Source: a virus
Lineage: Duplodnaviria; Caudoviricetes
Length of the DNA: 64,000 nucleotides
Direction: 5' to 3' (one strand)
Virus record (IMG/VR): IMGVR_UViG_3300025018_000137
Coordinates: 1 to 64,000 of that record
A program made the translations under genes and the position numbers. Shown one piece after another: positions 6,712-15,602 of the stretch. The notes beneath the pieces were generated by a model. It saw only the letters and a program-made list of their open reading frames with translations. It was not told where the DNA came from and did no database searches. The number at the start of each line of letters is the position of its first letter. Position 1 is the first letter of the stretch.

Positions 6712-9273
6712 CTATGGGATCGGGACCGTGCTGACCACGCCCACCAATGATGACGTGCTGACCATGTACACCTTGTCCCCCAACTGTACCACAACGATCA
6801 GGTCCGGATCGATAGTCAGCCGCCCTATAGTTACCGCCGAGAGCAAATGAGAGTGTAGCAATCCCACAGGGGACATAGAGCTTGCTGTGGCCAACGCAGC
6901 TACGTCGAGTATCTGTGCGTGCAGAACCCCTTCTGGGGACAAGGCAGACGCGACCTCGATCGCAGCTCCGTCGAGCAGGTGGGGGTGCGTTATATCTACG
7001 GGAGAGATAGGGATCGACTGAGACAAGCCCGCTTGTGTAATCGTCTGCAAAATGGAAACGTCTGCCGGCGAAAGCACGTTCGCCTGCTGCAACGATCCGC
7101 CACCAACTACCTGTAGATGCAAGAGCCCGGCGGGCGTCAAGAAGCCAGACACGACGGCGCTGGTAGTCGCCAAATCTTGGGCCTGCACCAGAGCATTCGG
7201 CGTCAGCGAATAGCTGGCGGAAAAGAGCGGGCTATCCACCGTCTGGCTCTGTGACAAAGATTCCGGGGATACTACTGCCGCGACCAGTATCGCCGTGATA
7301 TCCAGAAGCATTTGCTGGCTGATCGAATTCGGGCTGATCGACCCGTTCGACGCCAAACCAGACGTGTCTAAAGACTGTCCTTGCGCAATTCCAACGGGGG
7401 ATATCGCCGCCGCCTCGCTGACCGCAGTAGAGGCAAGCGTGGACACCTGTAGGACTTGGTTCGGCGTTACGACACTAGCCTGCACCAATATTGTGCCGTC
7501 AAGGAGATGCGAAGTAGAGACAGATACCGGAGAAAGTTGCGCGCGCTCGGAGATCGTGGTGATCGCCAATAGATGCCCGTGCTCCAGAGGGGCAGGAGAT
7601 ACCGCTGCAGCCTCAGAAATCGACGTATTACCCAGCGCGTGGCCTTGATCGATAGCGTCCGGGGATACGGGGACAGCTCCCGCCAAAGACCCGGCATCGA
7701 GCAGTTGTATATGGGAAATGCCATCCGGGGACATTACGTGGCTTACGATCAGAAGGCCGGCATCCAACGTAGCTGCGTGCTGTAACTGCGCGGGAGACAG
7801 GCTGGTTCCCGGGATCGTGCCTCCCAGTAGGTCGTAGGCGTCCGGGGAGAATGCATCGGCATCGAAGGCGTCGTTGTCGAAGCCGCCCGCTCCGGACAGC
7901 GGAAGCCCACCGTAGAGAGGAACGGTGAACTCGCCCGTTTTGCCGGCAGCGAAACTCCAATGATCGACCTTAAACGAATGGACGCCAACGCCACCACCCA
8001 CCGAACGGAAAGTGTAATCGGCTGCAATCTCGACCGGCCACGTATCTAAGTTATCGTCTGGGGTAGTCACCTGTTCGTAGACGAACGTCTCTCGTGTAGC
8101 GGCCGCTCCGGCTACAAAGTCGTGGAGACTATCCCCCACCGCCGTTTCTCTGGGGGCGGCGTTATTCCCGAATACTGCCCACCCAGACGGAGGCAGATAG
8201 GAGTGAAATTCAGTGGCCTCGTCCGCAGATGCAGTGTCGGTCAAAAACAGCCTTGGGCGGTACAGGGCGGCTCCGTTGCCCGCCCCGTCGTACCAAGGTA
8301 GATTGCCTCCGTCCCAAGTGAATTGCAGAATACTTTCGTCTTGAAATGTAACAGTCTGGGGCTGTGCGTATTCAGGGCGATCAGTACCCCCGGATAGGTC
8401 TCTGAACTTTCCGACCACATCAGTGACCCGATCTAGGTTCAGACCCTCAACCGTCACTACGTCTCCGTCCCGGACTTCCGTCAGATCTTCGTAATACACA
8501 GGGAAGAAAGACGGGGCGGCACCTTCGTTGACCCCAACCATGATATCCCAAGGGGCCGCATACAAAGCTGCCCACTCGCCGGAGCTGAGTGCTTTATCCA
8601 AGATAGCGGCGTAGTAGAAAACCGGCGTGTTTCCCCAGTCCCTCATTGTCTTAAGTTGAGCGAACAGTACGGAACCGGTGTTGCCGTCCAGAGCGGGGAC
8701 GAATGCTCCGCTGTCCCCAGCCTCGTGCGCTCCGTTGAAGAAAAAGTTGGTGGACCACACTCCTGCGGTGATGGTTACGTCGACGCCTATCATAGCGGGC
8801 ATTCCGTCAGCCAGAACCCCAGAAGACGTAGCAATAGAAGGGCCAGCGGAGCTGCCACCCCCCTCCAGCATCAAGCCGATCTGCGTACTGCTCACCGGGA
8901 GTTTTTTCAGGGCGAATCCGGGGCCGCCGAGATTGAAAGGAGTCTCCACCAAAGAGAATAGGTAATTTACCCCGCCGATTAGGTCCAGATCGCCGTCGAG
9001 GTACAGCACGATAGAGAACTGCTCAGTCCCTCCCAGCGCCGCTACGCCAAAGACGCCGTATTCATTGACGTTGCCCACAACAAAGAACGGCGCAAGCTCG
9101 GTATAGGCTCCAATCCCGTCGTTGCCTAAACGCGAATTCACGCCGCTACTTGCGCTGGCGGCGACCACAGAGCGGAGTGTCTTGGAGTTTTCCAGCACAA
9201 CCAGTTCAAGGATGTTCGAGTTCAGGGCGTGACCGGAATTCAGTCCTATCTCCCCTCTCGGCTTTACGGCCAC
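6712..9273 (-). CDS. Fibre/adhesin-like virion protein: N-terminal LamG/ConA-like domain plus a 22-aa repeat shaft
   Basis: Start revised to GTG at 9273 (M-A-V-K-P-R-G-E-I parallels the paralog at 9900-10748). The C-terminal third is made of 15 x 22-aa repeats. Confidence 0.7.
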   Translation of the reverse strand: MAVKPRGEIGLNSGHALNSNILELVVLENSKTLRSVVAASASSGVNSRLGNDGIGAYTELAPFFVVGNVNEYGVFGVAALGGTEQFSIVLYLDGDLDLIGGVNYLFSLVETPFNLGGPGFALKKLPVSSTQIGLMLEGGGSSAGPSIATSSGVLADGMPAMIGVDVTITAGVWSTNFFFNGAHEAGDSGAFVPALDGNTGSVLFAQLKTMRDWGNTPVFYYAAILDKALSSGEWAALYAAPWDIMVGVNEGAAPSFFPVYYEDLTEVRDGDVVTVEGLNLDRVTDVVGKFRDLSGGTDRPEYAQPQTVTFQDESILQFTWDGGNLPWYDGAGNGAALYRPRLFLTDTASADEATEFHSYLPPSGWAVFGNNAAPRETAVGDSLHDFVAGAAATRETFVYEQVTTPDDNLDTWPVEIAADYTFRSVGGGVGVHSFKVDHWSFAAGKTGEFTVPLYGGLPLSGAGGFDNDAFDADAFSPDAYDLLGGTIPGTSLSPAQLQHAATLDAGLLIVSHVMSPDGISHIQLLDAGSLAGAVPVSPDAIDQGHALGNTSISEAAAVSPAPLEHGHLLAITTISERAQLSPVSVSTSHLLDGTILVQASVVTPNQVLQVSTLASTAVSEAAAISPVGIAQGQSLDTSGLASNGSISPNSISQQMLLDITAILVAAVVSPESLSQSQTVDSPLFSASYSLTPNALVQAQDLATTSAVVSGFLTPAGLLHLQVVGGGSLQQANVLSPADVSILQTITQAGLSQSIPISPVDITHPHLLDGAAIEVASALSPEGVLHAQILDVAALATASSMSPVGLLHSHLLSAVTIGRLTIDPDLIVVVQLGDKVYMVSTSSLVGVVSTVPIP
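6823..7800 (-). repeat. Protein-level tandem repeat: 14 full and 1 partial 22-aa units (h-S/T-P-x-x-h-x-Q/H-x-x-x-L...)
   Basis: LSPAQLQHAATLDAGLLIVSHV / MSPDGISHIQLLDAGSLAGAVP / VSPDAIDQGHALGNTSISEAAA etc. 978 bp = 326 aa = 14x22+18. Confidence 0.85.
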
Positions 9274-9521
9274 AGCGGGTTCACCGACATGGTTTCCGCC
9301 CACGCATCAACGGACGCCGCAACGTACGGTACCGTGCCCCCGTCCTCGATATCGCCCGCCGCAAACACTTCCGTAAGTGACAGAAACCCTGTATTTCCGC
9401 TAGCCGACAAATCGAACGGTGTCGCCGCTCCGGGCAGGTTGCTAGCTTCGCACAGCACATTATCGGGCATCCGAAACGTCATATCACCCTCTCCACTTGT
9501 TGGCCAGTATCCCTGCGCCAA
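9264..9521 (-). CDS. Hypothetical protein (85 aa)
   Basis: Fills the gap between neighbours with short overlaps. Confidence 0.5.
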   Translation of the reverse strand: MAQGYWPTSGEGDMTFRMPDNVLCEASNLPGAATPFDLSASGNTGFLSLTEVFAAGDIEDGGTVPYVAASVDAWAETMSVNPLWP

Positions 9522-9903
9522 TCACCGGTACATCGTTCATTTGCCGCACGTTGACTTCCGCGTTTAGCGACAGCTCAATGTTGACCTGCTCCATATCCGT
9601 GACGCCTTTCAGGATAATCACGCACTTGCGGGCTCCTGCCGCAATCGTGGCGTCCGGAAGCCCCAACTGCACGATGCCGGGCATGTTGGTATCGTCCACC
9701 AGTATCAGCCCTCCTGTCGCCCACGTACCTAGAGTCATGGTAGCGAGTGTGATCGCAACCGCGCCGGTGTCGGGGCGGTAGTAGTACGCGGTCAGGCCGG
9801 CGGAGTTGTAGAGCAGGCCGGTGAACGGGAGCCCGTCAGATACCTTGCGCACGAAGAACTCTACGAGCAAGGACGTAGTGCCCGGGAAAATAGACTCTTT
9901 CAC
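9484..9903 (-). CDS. Hypothetical virion-associated protein (139 aa)
   Basis: Start revised to GTG at 9903, a GTGA overlap with the upstream stop. Beta-rich sequence. Confidence 0.6.
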   Translation of the reverse strand: MKESIFPGTTSLLVEFFVRKVSDGLPFTGLLYNSAGLTAYYYRPDTGAVAITLATMTLGTWATGGLILVDDTNMPGIVQLGLPDATIAAGARKCVIILKGVTDMEQVNIELSLNAEVNVRQMNDVPVIGAGILANKWRG

Positions 9904-10748
9904 TGGAAACCTCCGGACATTTTTTGCATTCCTCCCAACATAGGGACTTGGGTAGCCGGTACGAATCCGCCGCCGCCCGCCGGCGCGACCAAATCCCACG
10001 GGTCTGCATTGATCGCGTCGAGCTGGGCGTCCGACAGGTACGTGTCGAAAATAACTGTGTAGTACGTAACCGGGGTGATTACAAAATCTACGTTCCCGCG
10101 CATACGCAGGACATCAGATGACCCGTCGCTTTTGTTCACGTCATTGGTGACGTGCAGCGTGGTGGTGTTCAGCACCATCGCCTGCCCGTCTATGTAGCCG
10201 TCCCACGCTTGCGACCCGCTCGTAATTACGCAGCGCATCGCTAGTATTGCAGCTTGATCCGACGCAATATACCAATTCGGGGCCATAGAGGATGGCCCGT
10301 TTCCGCTCCACCCGCCACGCGACCTTAGACCAACCGCCGCGCCGCCGCCAAAGTTCATCCCAATATTGTGTCCATAAACCCCGGCTGCTGTGTCGCCATT
10401 TGCCATATCCGCAGTCAGGCTGCCTATGGTTGCAAGCGCTTGTATCGACGCGCCAGGGCTATTAGGGATATCCGAGTACACCACCCACGTATGCGCGGAT
10501 GTACCTGCAAATGATGCGGCGTCGAATAACGCGAGGTCCGCTCCCATATCGACTACGGCAGTAACAGTACCTCCGCCAACACCTAGATCACCGCTGGTAC
10601 CCGTGACCGGAGTAATGCTTGTTCCGGTCGCCCCGGAAACCAGTTCACGCACGGTTCCGTCATCTTCGACCACAAGCAACGCGACCACGTTCGCATACAG
10701 CGCGTGCCCCGTGTTGAGCTGTATCTGCCCCGACGGTTTTGTCGCCAC
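9900..10748 (-). CDS. LamG/concanavalin A-like domain protein, paralog of the N-terminus of the 6712-9273 protein
   Basis: MATKPSGQIQLNTGHALYANVVALLVVE vs AVKPRGEIGLNSGHALNSNILELVVLE; YYTVIFDTYLSDAQLDAINADPWDLV vs YYAAILDKALSSGEWAALYAAPWDIM. Confidence 0.65.
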   Translation of the reverse strand: MATKPSGQIQLNTGHALYANVVALLVVEDDGTVRELVSGATGTSITPVTGTSGDLGVGGGTVTAVVDMGADLALFDAASFAGTSAHTWVVYSDIPNSPGASIQALATIGSLTADMANGDTAAGVYGHNIGMNFGGGAAVGLRSRGGWSGNGPSSMAPNWYIASDQAAILAMRCVITSGSQAWDGYIDGQAMVLNTTTLHVTNDVNKSDGSSDVLRMRGNVDFVITPVTYYTVIFDTYLSDAQLDAINADPWDLVAPAGGGGFVPATQVPMLGGMQKMSGGFQ

Positions 10749-10758
10749 GATCTACGCC

Positions 10759-11193
10759 TTACACCCAGTGGGAGATAAGGGCAGCGAGGAGGGCGGCAAT
10801 TTCCGCCTGTTCCCCCGCAGAGTAGGGGGCCAGTACAACTCCAGCAGTCGATACCGTATACGTGCCGGTATTGTGAGAATTCAACCACGCTTTAACGGCA
10901 GGAACCGCCGTATCACGAATGACCACGTACTCGCCCAACAAAGCCATGAAATCTGCGATGCCGAACAATCGCTCAATTGTCGGTCCCAGCTCGGACGGCC
11001 CAATACCCGCTGACTGCAACGTGGCGACAGTATCCTCGAGCCGCTTGACCGCCATAAGATGCGGGTATACCCACCCGTTGTTCGACGCAAGTTGTTGCGC
11101 CCCAATTTCGGCGGTAGAACGAAGGTCTTCCAGACGCTGATACCACGTCTGTACCAACGCATCAAAGGTTTTCGCTTCTCTCGGGATTGGCAT
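10759..11193 (-). CDS. Hypothetical protein (144 aa, helical)
   Basis: Clean ORF with 1-bp overlap to the upstream gene. Confidence 0.6.
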   Translation of the reverse strand: MPIPREAKTFDALVQTWYQRLEDLRSTAEIGAQQLASNNGWVYPHLMAVKRLEDTVATLQSAGIGPSELGPTIERLFGIADFMALLGEYVVIRDTAVPAVKAWLNSHNTGTYTVSTAGVVLAPYSAGEQAEIAALLAALISHWV

Positions 11194-11480
11194 TACTTTC
11201 TATCTCCCAAAATGTCTCTTTCTACTACGTTCAGGCGGCGATAAGCATCGGCCGCCCCACTGCAATGTTTCTTGTCGATCTTGTCCAGCAACCAGCACAG
11301 CCAATCGCACGGCACACACACGTCCCGGTAGCGCCCCGCCCGCGAACTGATCGTTTCGTATGGGCTGCCGAGCATGAGCGCGTTGGCGAACAGATCGAGC
11401 GCCAACAAGAGGTTCATAGTCCATAAGCTAAGCGCAGCGCAGACCTTGCACTTTTTGCCTTTGAGAGTTGCGGGTTTCAT
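11193..11480 (-). CDS. Conserved phage hypothetical protein typical of tail-fibre regions
   Basis: LLLALDLFANALMLGSPYETISSRAGR...LCWLLDKIDKKHC is a recurring motif in small tail-associated phage proteins (recall). Confidence 0.65.
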   Translation of the reverse strand: MKPATLKGKKCKVCAALSLWTMNLLLALDLFANALMLGSPYETISSRAGRYRDVCVPCDWLCWLLDKIDKKHCSGAADAYRRLNVVERDILGDRK

Positions 11481-11493
11481 CGTGACCTCATGG

Positions 11494-11823
11494 CTACATC
11501 GACGCTCCGGTGGCCGGATCGAGGACTTCGCCCATGTCCTCCCCCGTCAAACCAGAATCTAGGTACACCTTGAATCGTGTTTGACGTACAGAACCGTCTT
11601 GGTTCCTGATCGGGATATACCCGAACGCCACGTAGCGATCATTCTCAATTCTTTCCCACCCGGTCATGGTGAACCGTACTTGCGTAGCTGCGGGCAGGAC
11701 GATCGTATCTGCGGGCTCGATGAATGCCTGCGACCGGGGCAGCCATTTGGCTACTCGGGTGGCCACTTGTTCGACGAGGAAGGTGTTGAACCAGCCCGCT
11801 AGTCTGTCATTCCAAGTGGCCAC
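11494..11823 (-). CDS. Hypothetical protein (109 aa)
   Basis: GTG start with an AGGAG SD, downstream of the promoter at 11852-11881. Confidence 0.55.
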   Translation of the reverse strand: MATWNDRLAGWFNTFLVEQVATRVAKWLPRSQAFIEPADTIVLPAATQVRFTMTGWERIENDRYVAFGYIPIRNQDGSVRQTRFKVYLDSGLTGEDMGEVLDPATGASM

Positions 11824-11851
11824 GAATTTCTCCTACTTGACAAGCAGCAGG

Positions 11852-11881
11852 AATATACCATAGACCGCAGAATACTGGCAA
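11852..11881 (-). promoter_or_regulatory. Putative sigma70 promoter TTGCCA-18-TATATT with extended -10 TG
   Basis: Minus strand ttgccagtattctgcggtctatggtatatt. Intergenic, with a palindrome copy 10 bp upstream of the -35. Confidence 0.55.
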
Positions 11882-11890
11882 TTCGAGGTT

Positions 11891-11906
11891 GTGAAATCGT
11901 TTTCAC
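11891..11906. promoter_or_regulatory. Palindromic motif copy GTGAAATCGTTTTCAC
   Basis: Exact core. Overlaps the stop codon of the ParB-MTase gene. Confidence 0.75.
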
Positions 11907-13405
11907 TTTCTGGACAGGGTAATCCCTAGTCGGTGTGAAAACGATTGCAAGGCTTTGTCGCCGAGCCCCATCGATTCCCCGTCCGACAGGCAAAGTTCCT
12001 CGAACTCGAAGAGAAGAGCGGCGGACATCACCTTCGCGTTCTTCATCTTCGGAGCGGTTGCCTTCCAGTAGAAGACGTTCCCGCCGGGCCAACACTCGAT
12101 GTTGTTCCAGAAGTGGCCAGCGATGGCTTTGAACTCTTCTTGCGTATGGAACTTCTGAATCTTGGGATTGCTGAGTGCGTCCCCCAGACGTACGCCCGGC
12201 TCCGAATCGAACACGAAGTACCCTGCATTCCTGATCCCGGAATACTCGTAGTTGTAGTCAGAGATGTCGCGGCACGTACCGTAGACTGCCGTCTTGATTC
12301 CGCACAGCGCGTGCACGATCGCGAGAACGCATTGCCTGTCACGAGGGAACGGGATGGAATTCATCACCGATGCCAAGAAGATCGAACTGAATGGTCGGCC
12401 TTCCGCCACCTCGTCCAAGAACTCCGACGCCTTCTCCCTACTGTAGCCCGGGTCAGGTACGTGCGCTTCAGTATCCGGGTTGATCCGAAACGGCTCGAAG
12501 TCTACGCACTCGACCCCCTTGCTGCGAAGGTACGGTCCGACCTTGCAGAGACCCGCCCCGAAGTCGCAAACATAGTCGCCGTGCATCGTCCTGAACTTGC
12601 GCCAGTAGTTGGTGCTATACGAGTCCGCGTCACGGAGCGTCTTGCATCCGTTGGCCCAGAACCGATAGGACTTCGGGAGTCTGCCTCGGTTGTTCTGCGG
12701 GCGTCGGTACGCTGAATACCGCAGGAGCTGAGCGAACTCGCCATCGACAGCGTAGTCCATGCTGAGGTAGTTGAGCATGTTCGACGCGAAGTCACCGATG
12801 TCCTCCGGGATTTCGATGGTTGGCCATTCTGTAATGCCCTCGTGGCGGGCCTCGAATAGCCGGAATACCCCGTTGATTACCCGCCCCGTAGGCGTGCGTA
12901 CTATGGGGATTTTTACCCCCTTCCTGCGCATGCTGGACGCGATGAGTAGGGACTTGCGATTGTACTTGTCGGCCATGTCCTTGCCGACACCGACGATCGA
13001 CCGATCCTCGCATCCATACGCAAACCATTCCTCCCCGTCGAAGTCAGGCATCCCTTCGGCTTGACGCATCAGGCTGGTGATGTCGATCTTGTCGGTAGAG
13101 TTGGAGCCGGTATCGAATGCAGTGAAGTCGTTCGTTGCACGATTGAACTGGACGTTGATGCCTTTCTGATTCTTCTCCGAAATATCAACGTAGATGACAG
13201 GGGCGGTGCGAAACCCTAGCTCCCTCGCCCGCGCGTGTCGTTGGTGCCCAGACAAAACCATACCATCTTGGTTGCAGAAGATGGGCTGCACGAAACCCAT
13301 CTTCGCCAGCGAGATACGCAACAGATTGCTGCGCATCTCGTCCGCCTTCCTTGGGTTGCTTTCGTCCGGAAAGATGTCATCCAGAGCTACCCGCTCAATC
13401 ATCAT
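11903..13405 (-). CDS. Tandem ParB-like domains fused to a SAM-dependent (amino-type) methyltransferase domain
   Basis: ParB motif 1 NPRK..VQPIFCN..VLSGHQR; ParB motif 2 IPIVRTPTGRVINGVFR; MTase motif I CDFGAG; motif IV-like IFLASVMNSIPF. Confidence 0.78.
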   Translation of the reverse strand: MMIERVALDDIFPDESNPRKADEMRSNLLRISLAKMGFVQPIFCNQDGMVLSGHQRHARARELGFRTAPVIYVDISEKNQKGINVQFNRATNDFTAFDTGSNSTDKIDITSLMRQAEGMPDFDGEEWFAYGCEDRSIVGVGKDMADKYNRKSLLIASSMRRKGVKIPIVRTPTGRVINGVFRLFEARHEGITEWPTIEIPEDIGDFASNMLNYLSMDYAVDGEFAQLLRYSAYRRPQNNRGRLPKSYRFWANGCKTLRDADSYSTNYWRKFRTMHGDYVCDFGAGLCKVGPYLRSKGVECVDFEPFRINPDTEAHVPDPGYSREKASEFLDEVAEGRPFSSIFLASVMNSIPFPRDRQCVLAIVHALCGIKTAVYGTCRDISDYNYEYSGIRNAGYFVFDSEPGVRLGDALSNPKIQKFHTQEEFKAIAGHFWNNIECWPGGNVFYWKATAPKMKNAKVMSAALLFEFEELCLSDGESMGLGDKALQSFSHRLGITLSRK

Positions 13406-13407
13406 GC

Positions 13408-14124
13408 TCAGGTTCTCCGTGTTCTTCTGGATCGCCGGCCCTCTTCGATGGCCAATATGCCGAGACGATCCTTCAGCAGCTCGATGATCGCCCCCTCTTC
13501 GAAGTCGCCGTCCGTCTTCACGCTGTTGGTCCAGAGACGATATACATCGGTGGGTATCCGGAAGATGAACTCCCCGAGCACGAAGCGAACGGTCTCGGGG
13601 CCGCGACCTACTACTCGCGACGGCGTGTTCTCCTGCGCCGTAAGATCACGGGATACCTCCCCGCTAAGACAGTCGTCGGCGACGGTTTGGCCTAGACAGT
13701 CGATCTCTTCCTGTGCAAAGCCGAAGTTCGTGAAATCGATTCCAGAACCGCTGAGCGCGTGAATCTCCTGCGCGAGTAGATCGAGATTCCACGTCGCCTG
13801 TTCCGCCACCTTGTTGTCGATGATCCGGAACTGGCGGATCGCCTCGGGGGATAGATGCTGCGCGAATACAGCGGGCACTTCATCCATGCCGAGAGTCTTC
13901 GCCCCCTCGACCCGAGTATGCCCCGCCACCAATACGTTGTTTCCGTCTAGGACAACCGGGACCAGAAAGCCGAACTCTTGAATGCTGTTGGCTACGGAAG
14001 CCACCGCCTCGGCATTGTCCCTCGGGTTGAACTCGTACGGCACAATGTCGTCGATACTGACGTACCGAATTTGGATTCTCGGCGGATCGTTCCGCCGGCT
14101 ACGTCTGCGGGCAACACCATTCAT
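13408..14124 (-). CDS. ParB/Srx N-terminal domain protein
   Basis: Start revised to ATG 14124 (GGAG SD). IDDIVPYEFNPRDN..FGFLVPVVLD..LVAGHTR..IIDNK. Confidence 0.85.
   Translation of the reverse strand: MNGVARRRSRRNDPPRIQIRYVSIDDIVPYEFNPRDNAEAVASVANSIQEFGFLVPVVLDGNNVLVAGHTRVEGAKTLGMDEVPAVFAQHLSPEAIRQFRIIDNKVAEQATWNLDLLAQEIHALSGSGIDFTNFGFAQEEIDCLGQTVADDCLSGEVSRDLTAQENTPSRVVGRGPETVRFVLGEFIFRIPTDVYRLWTNSVKTDGDFEEGAIIELLKDRLGILAIEEGRRSRRTRRT
13730..13745. promoter_or_regulatory. Palindromic motif, one-mismatch copy GTGAAATCGATTCCAG
   Basis: Inside the ParB coding sequence. Confidence 0.45.
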
Positions 14125-14134
14125 AGTCATCTCC

Positions 14135-14169
14135 AAAAAAAAAGGGGCAGAGGTTTTACCCCCTGCCCC
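14135..14169 (-). terminator. Rho-independent terminator
   Basis: Minus strand GGGGCAGGGGT-AAA-ACCTCTGCCCC followed by T9, after the 433-aa gene. Confidence 0.9.
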
Positions 14170-14196
14170 GTGGTCAGAAGCCAAGCGGCCGGAGCA

Positions 14197-15498
14197 TTAC
14201 CGCGCCGTACGCTTGGCCTTCGGCTTCGCCGCAGGCTTCGCCTTCGCCGCAGGCTTGGCCTTCGCCGCAGGCTTCGGCGCGGCAACCTTGGTTGCGGCCT
14301 TGGCGGCTGCCTTCACGGCCGGCTTGGACGCCGGAGCGGCCTTGCCCGCAATCGCTTCGGCGCTGGCCTTGGCGGCTTCCCGCTTCAGACGGTTCTGCAG
14401 CCTGGTGACCGACGACACGTCGAGATTTTCCTCGGCCCATGCCGTAAGTACCTGCTCCAACAAGTCGCCGTCGTTCTCGGTGCCGAGGTGTTCCCGCGCC
14501 AGATCGAGGATGGCCCGAACGTGATGGCCTGCGGCCTCGACCAGAGAGAACCGGAAGTTGACTCTCCGAACCACGGTCTTCTCGGTAGCGCCGGAGGTCA
14601 GCGTCTGCCTGCTTTCGCTCACAGTGTCCTTCAGTTCCGAGACCGTGCTGACGGTTGCCGCCGCTATCAGGTCTGCGTGGTTCGTCTCATCGAGAACCGG
14701 GACCACGAGCGCCGCCTTGCTCCAGCCCATCGCCGCAAGATGCTCTTCGCCGTAGCCGTAGCGGCAGAACGTCGTGTAGATCGCGACGAGGTGCATGGCC
14801 ACCCGGTAGTCGAGGTGGAGGACATCCGCGCACCAACGGCGGAATCCGCCGATGCCCGCGTACTCTTCTTCCTCGGCGTACGCCTTGCTGAGACGGATGT
14901 GATAGAGCACCCCGCCGAGCTTCCACTGAGCGCTGGTGGTTTCTTCGGCCAGTTCGAGGGCCTTCTCGGTCAGGTCGCTGCCGTCGCCGATCAGTTCGAG
15001 GATTTCCTCGGACTCTTCACCTTCACCAAGAACGATCATGTTCTTGAGTTCGGGGTCGACTTCTTCGACGCGGGTTGAGGACTTCGAGGCAGCAACCGCC
15101 TTGCCCTTGGGAGCGGCCTTGGCCTTGGCCTTCGGAGCAGGGGCTTCCTGTTCCTCTTCCTCTTCGGCTTCCTCTTCCTCTTCGGCTTCTTCAGCTTCCT
15201 CTTCTTCCTCTTCTTCAGCTTCCTCTTCGGCAGGCTCGATCTCGTCCGAGATCACCGCGACGCCGACAGTCTCGGGGTTCTTCGCTGAGGGCTTCTTCTT
15301 GGCGTTGAAGTCCGGGTTGGCAACCGCGAGCACGATCGTCTCGTCATCGCCTTCTTCTTCCGGGGCCAGAACGCTGACGACTGTGTACTGCTCGCCGACT
15401 TCCAGCAACTCGCCGTTCTCGGGCTGCTCCGCATCCTCGTCGAATCCGAGGAACGTCACAACGCTGCCTTCTTCGTAGCTGATCGTATCTTCGCTCAT
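14197..15498 (-). CDS. Acidic-N / histone-H1-like Lys-Ala-Pro C-terminal protein (putative nucleoid-associated protein)
   Basis: Poly-Glu tract EEEAEEEEEEEAEE and C-terminal PAAKAKPAAKAKPAAKPKAKRTAR (18-bp DNA repeats near 14218-14280). Confidence 0.75.
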   Translation of the reverse strand: MSEDTISYEEGSVVTFLGFDEDAEQPENGELLEVGEQYTVVSVLAPEEEGDDETIVLAVANPDFNAKKKPSAKNPETVGVAVISDEIEPAEEEAEEEEEEEAEEAEEEEEAEEEEEQEAPAPKAKAKAAPKGKAVAASKSSTRVEEVDPELKNMIVLGEGEESEEILELIGDGSDLTEKALELAEETTSAQWKLGGVLYHIRLSKAYAEEEEYAGIGGFRRWCADVLHLDYRVAMHLVAIYTTFCRYGYGEEHLAAMGWSKAALVVPVLDETNHADLIAAATVSTVSELKDTVSESRQTLTSGATEKTVVRRVNFRFSLVEAAGHHVRAILDLAREHLGTENDGDLLEQVLTAWAEENLDVSSVTRLQNRLKREAAKASAEAIAGKAAPASKPAVKAAAKAATKVAAPKPAAKAKPAAKAKPAAKPKAKRTAR

Positions 15499-15564
15499 TC
15501 GCTTTCCCTACCTGTAAACCTTGGGGTTTGCTCACTTGGACCGAAACCAAGAGACTGCCGAACA

Positions 15565-15592
15565 ATTGTATCCCGACTATCCGCCGTGTCAA
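15565..15592 (-). promoter_or_regulatory. Strong sigma70 promoter TTGACA-16-TACAAT
   Basis: Intergenic, upstream of the 433-aa gene. Confidence 0.75.
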
Positions 15593-15602
15593 CCGCCCAC
15601 CA

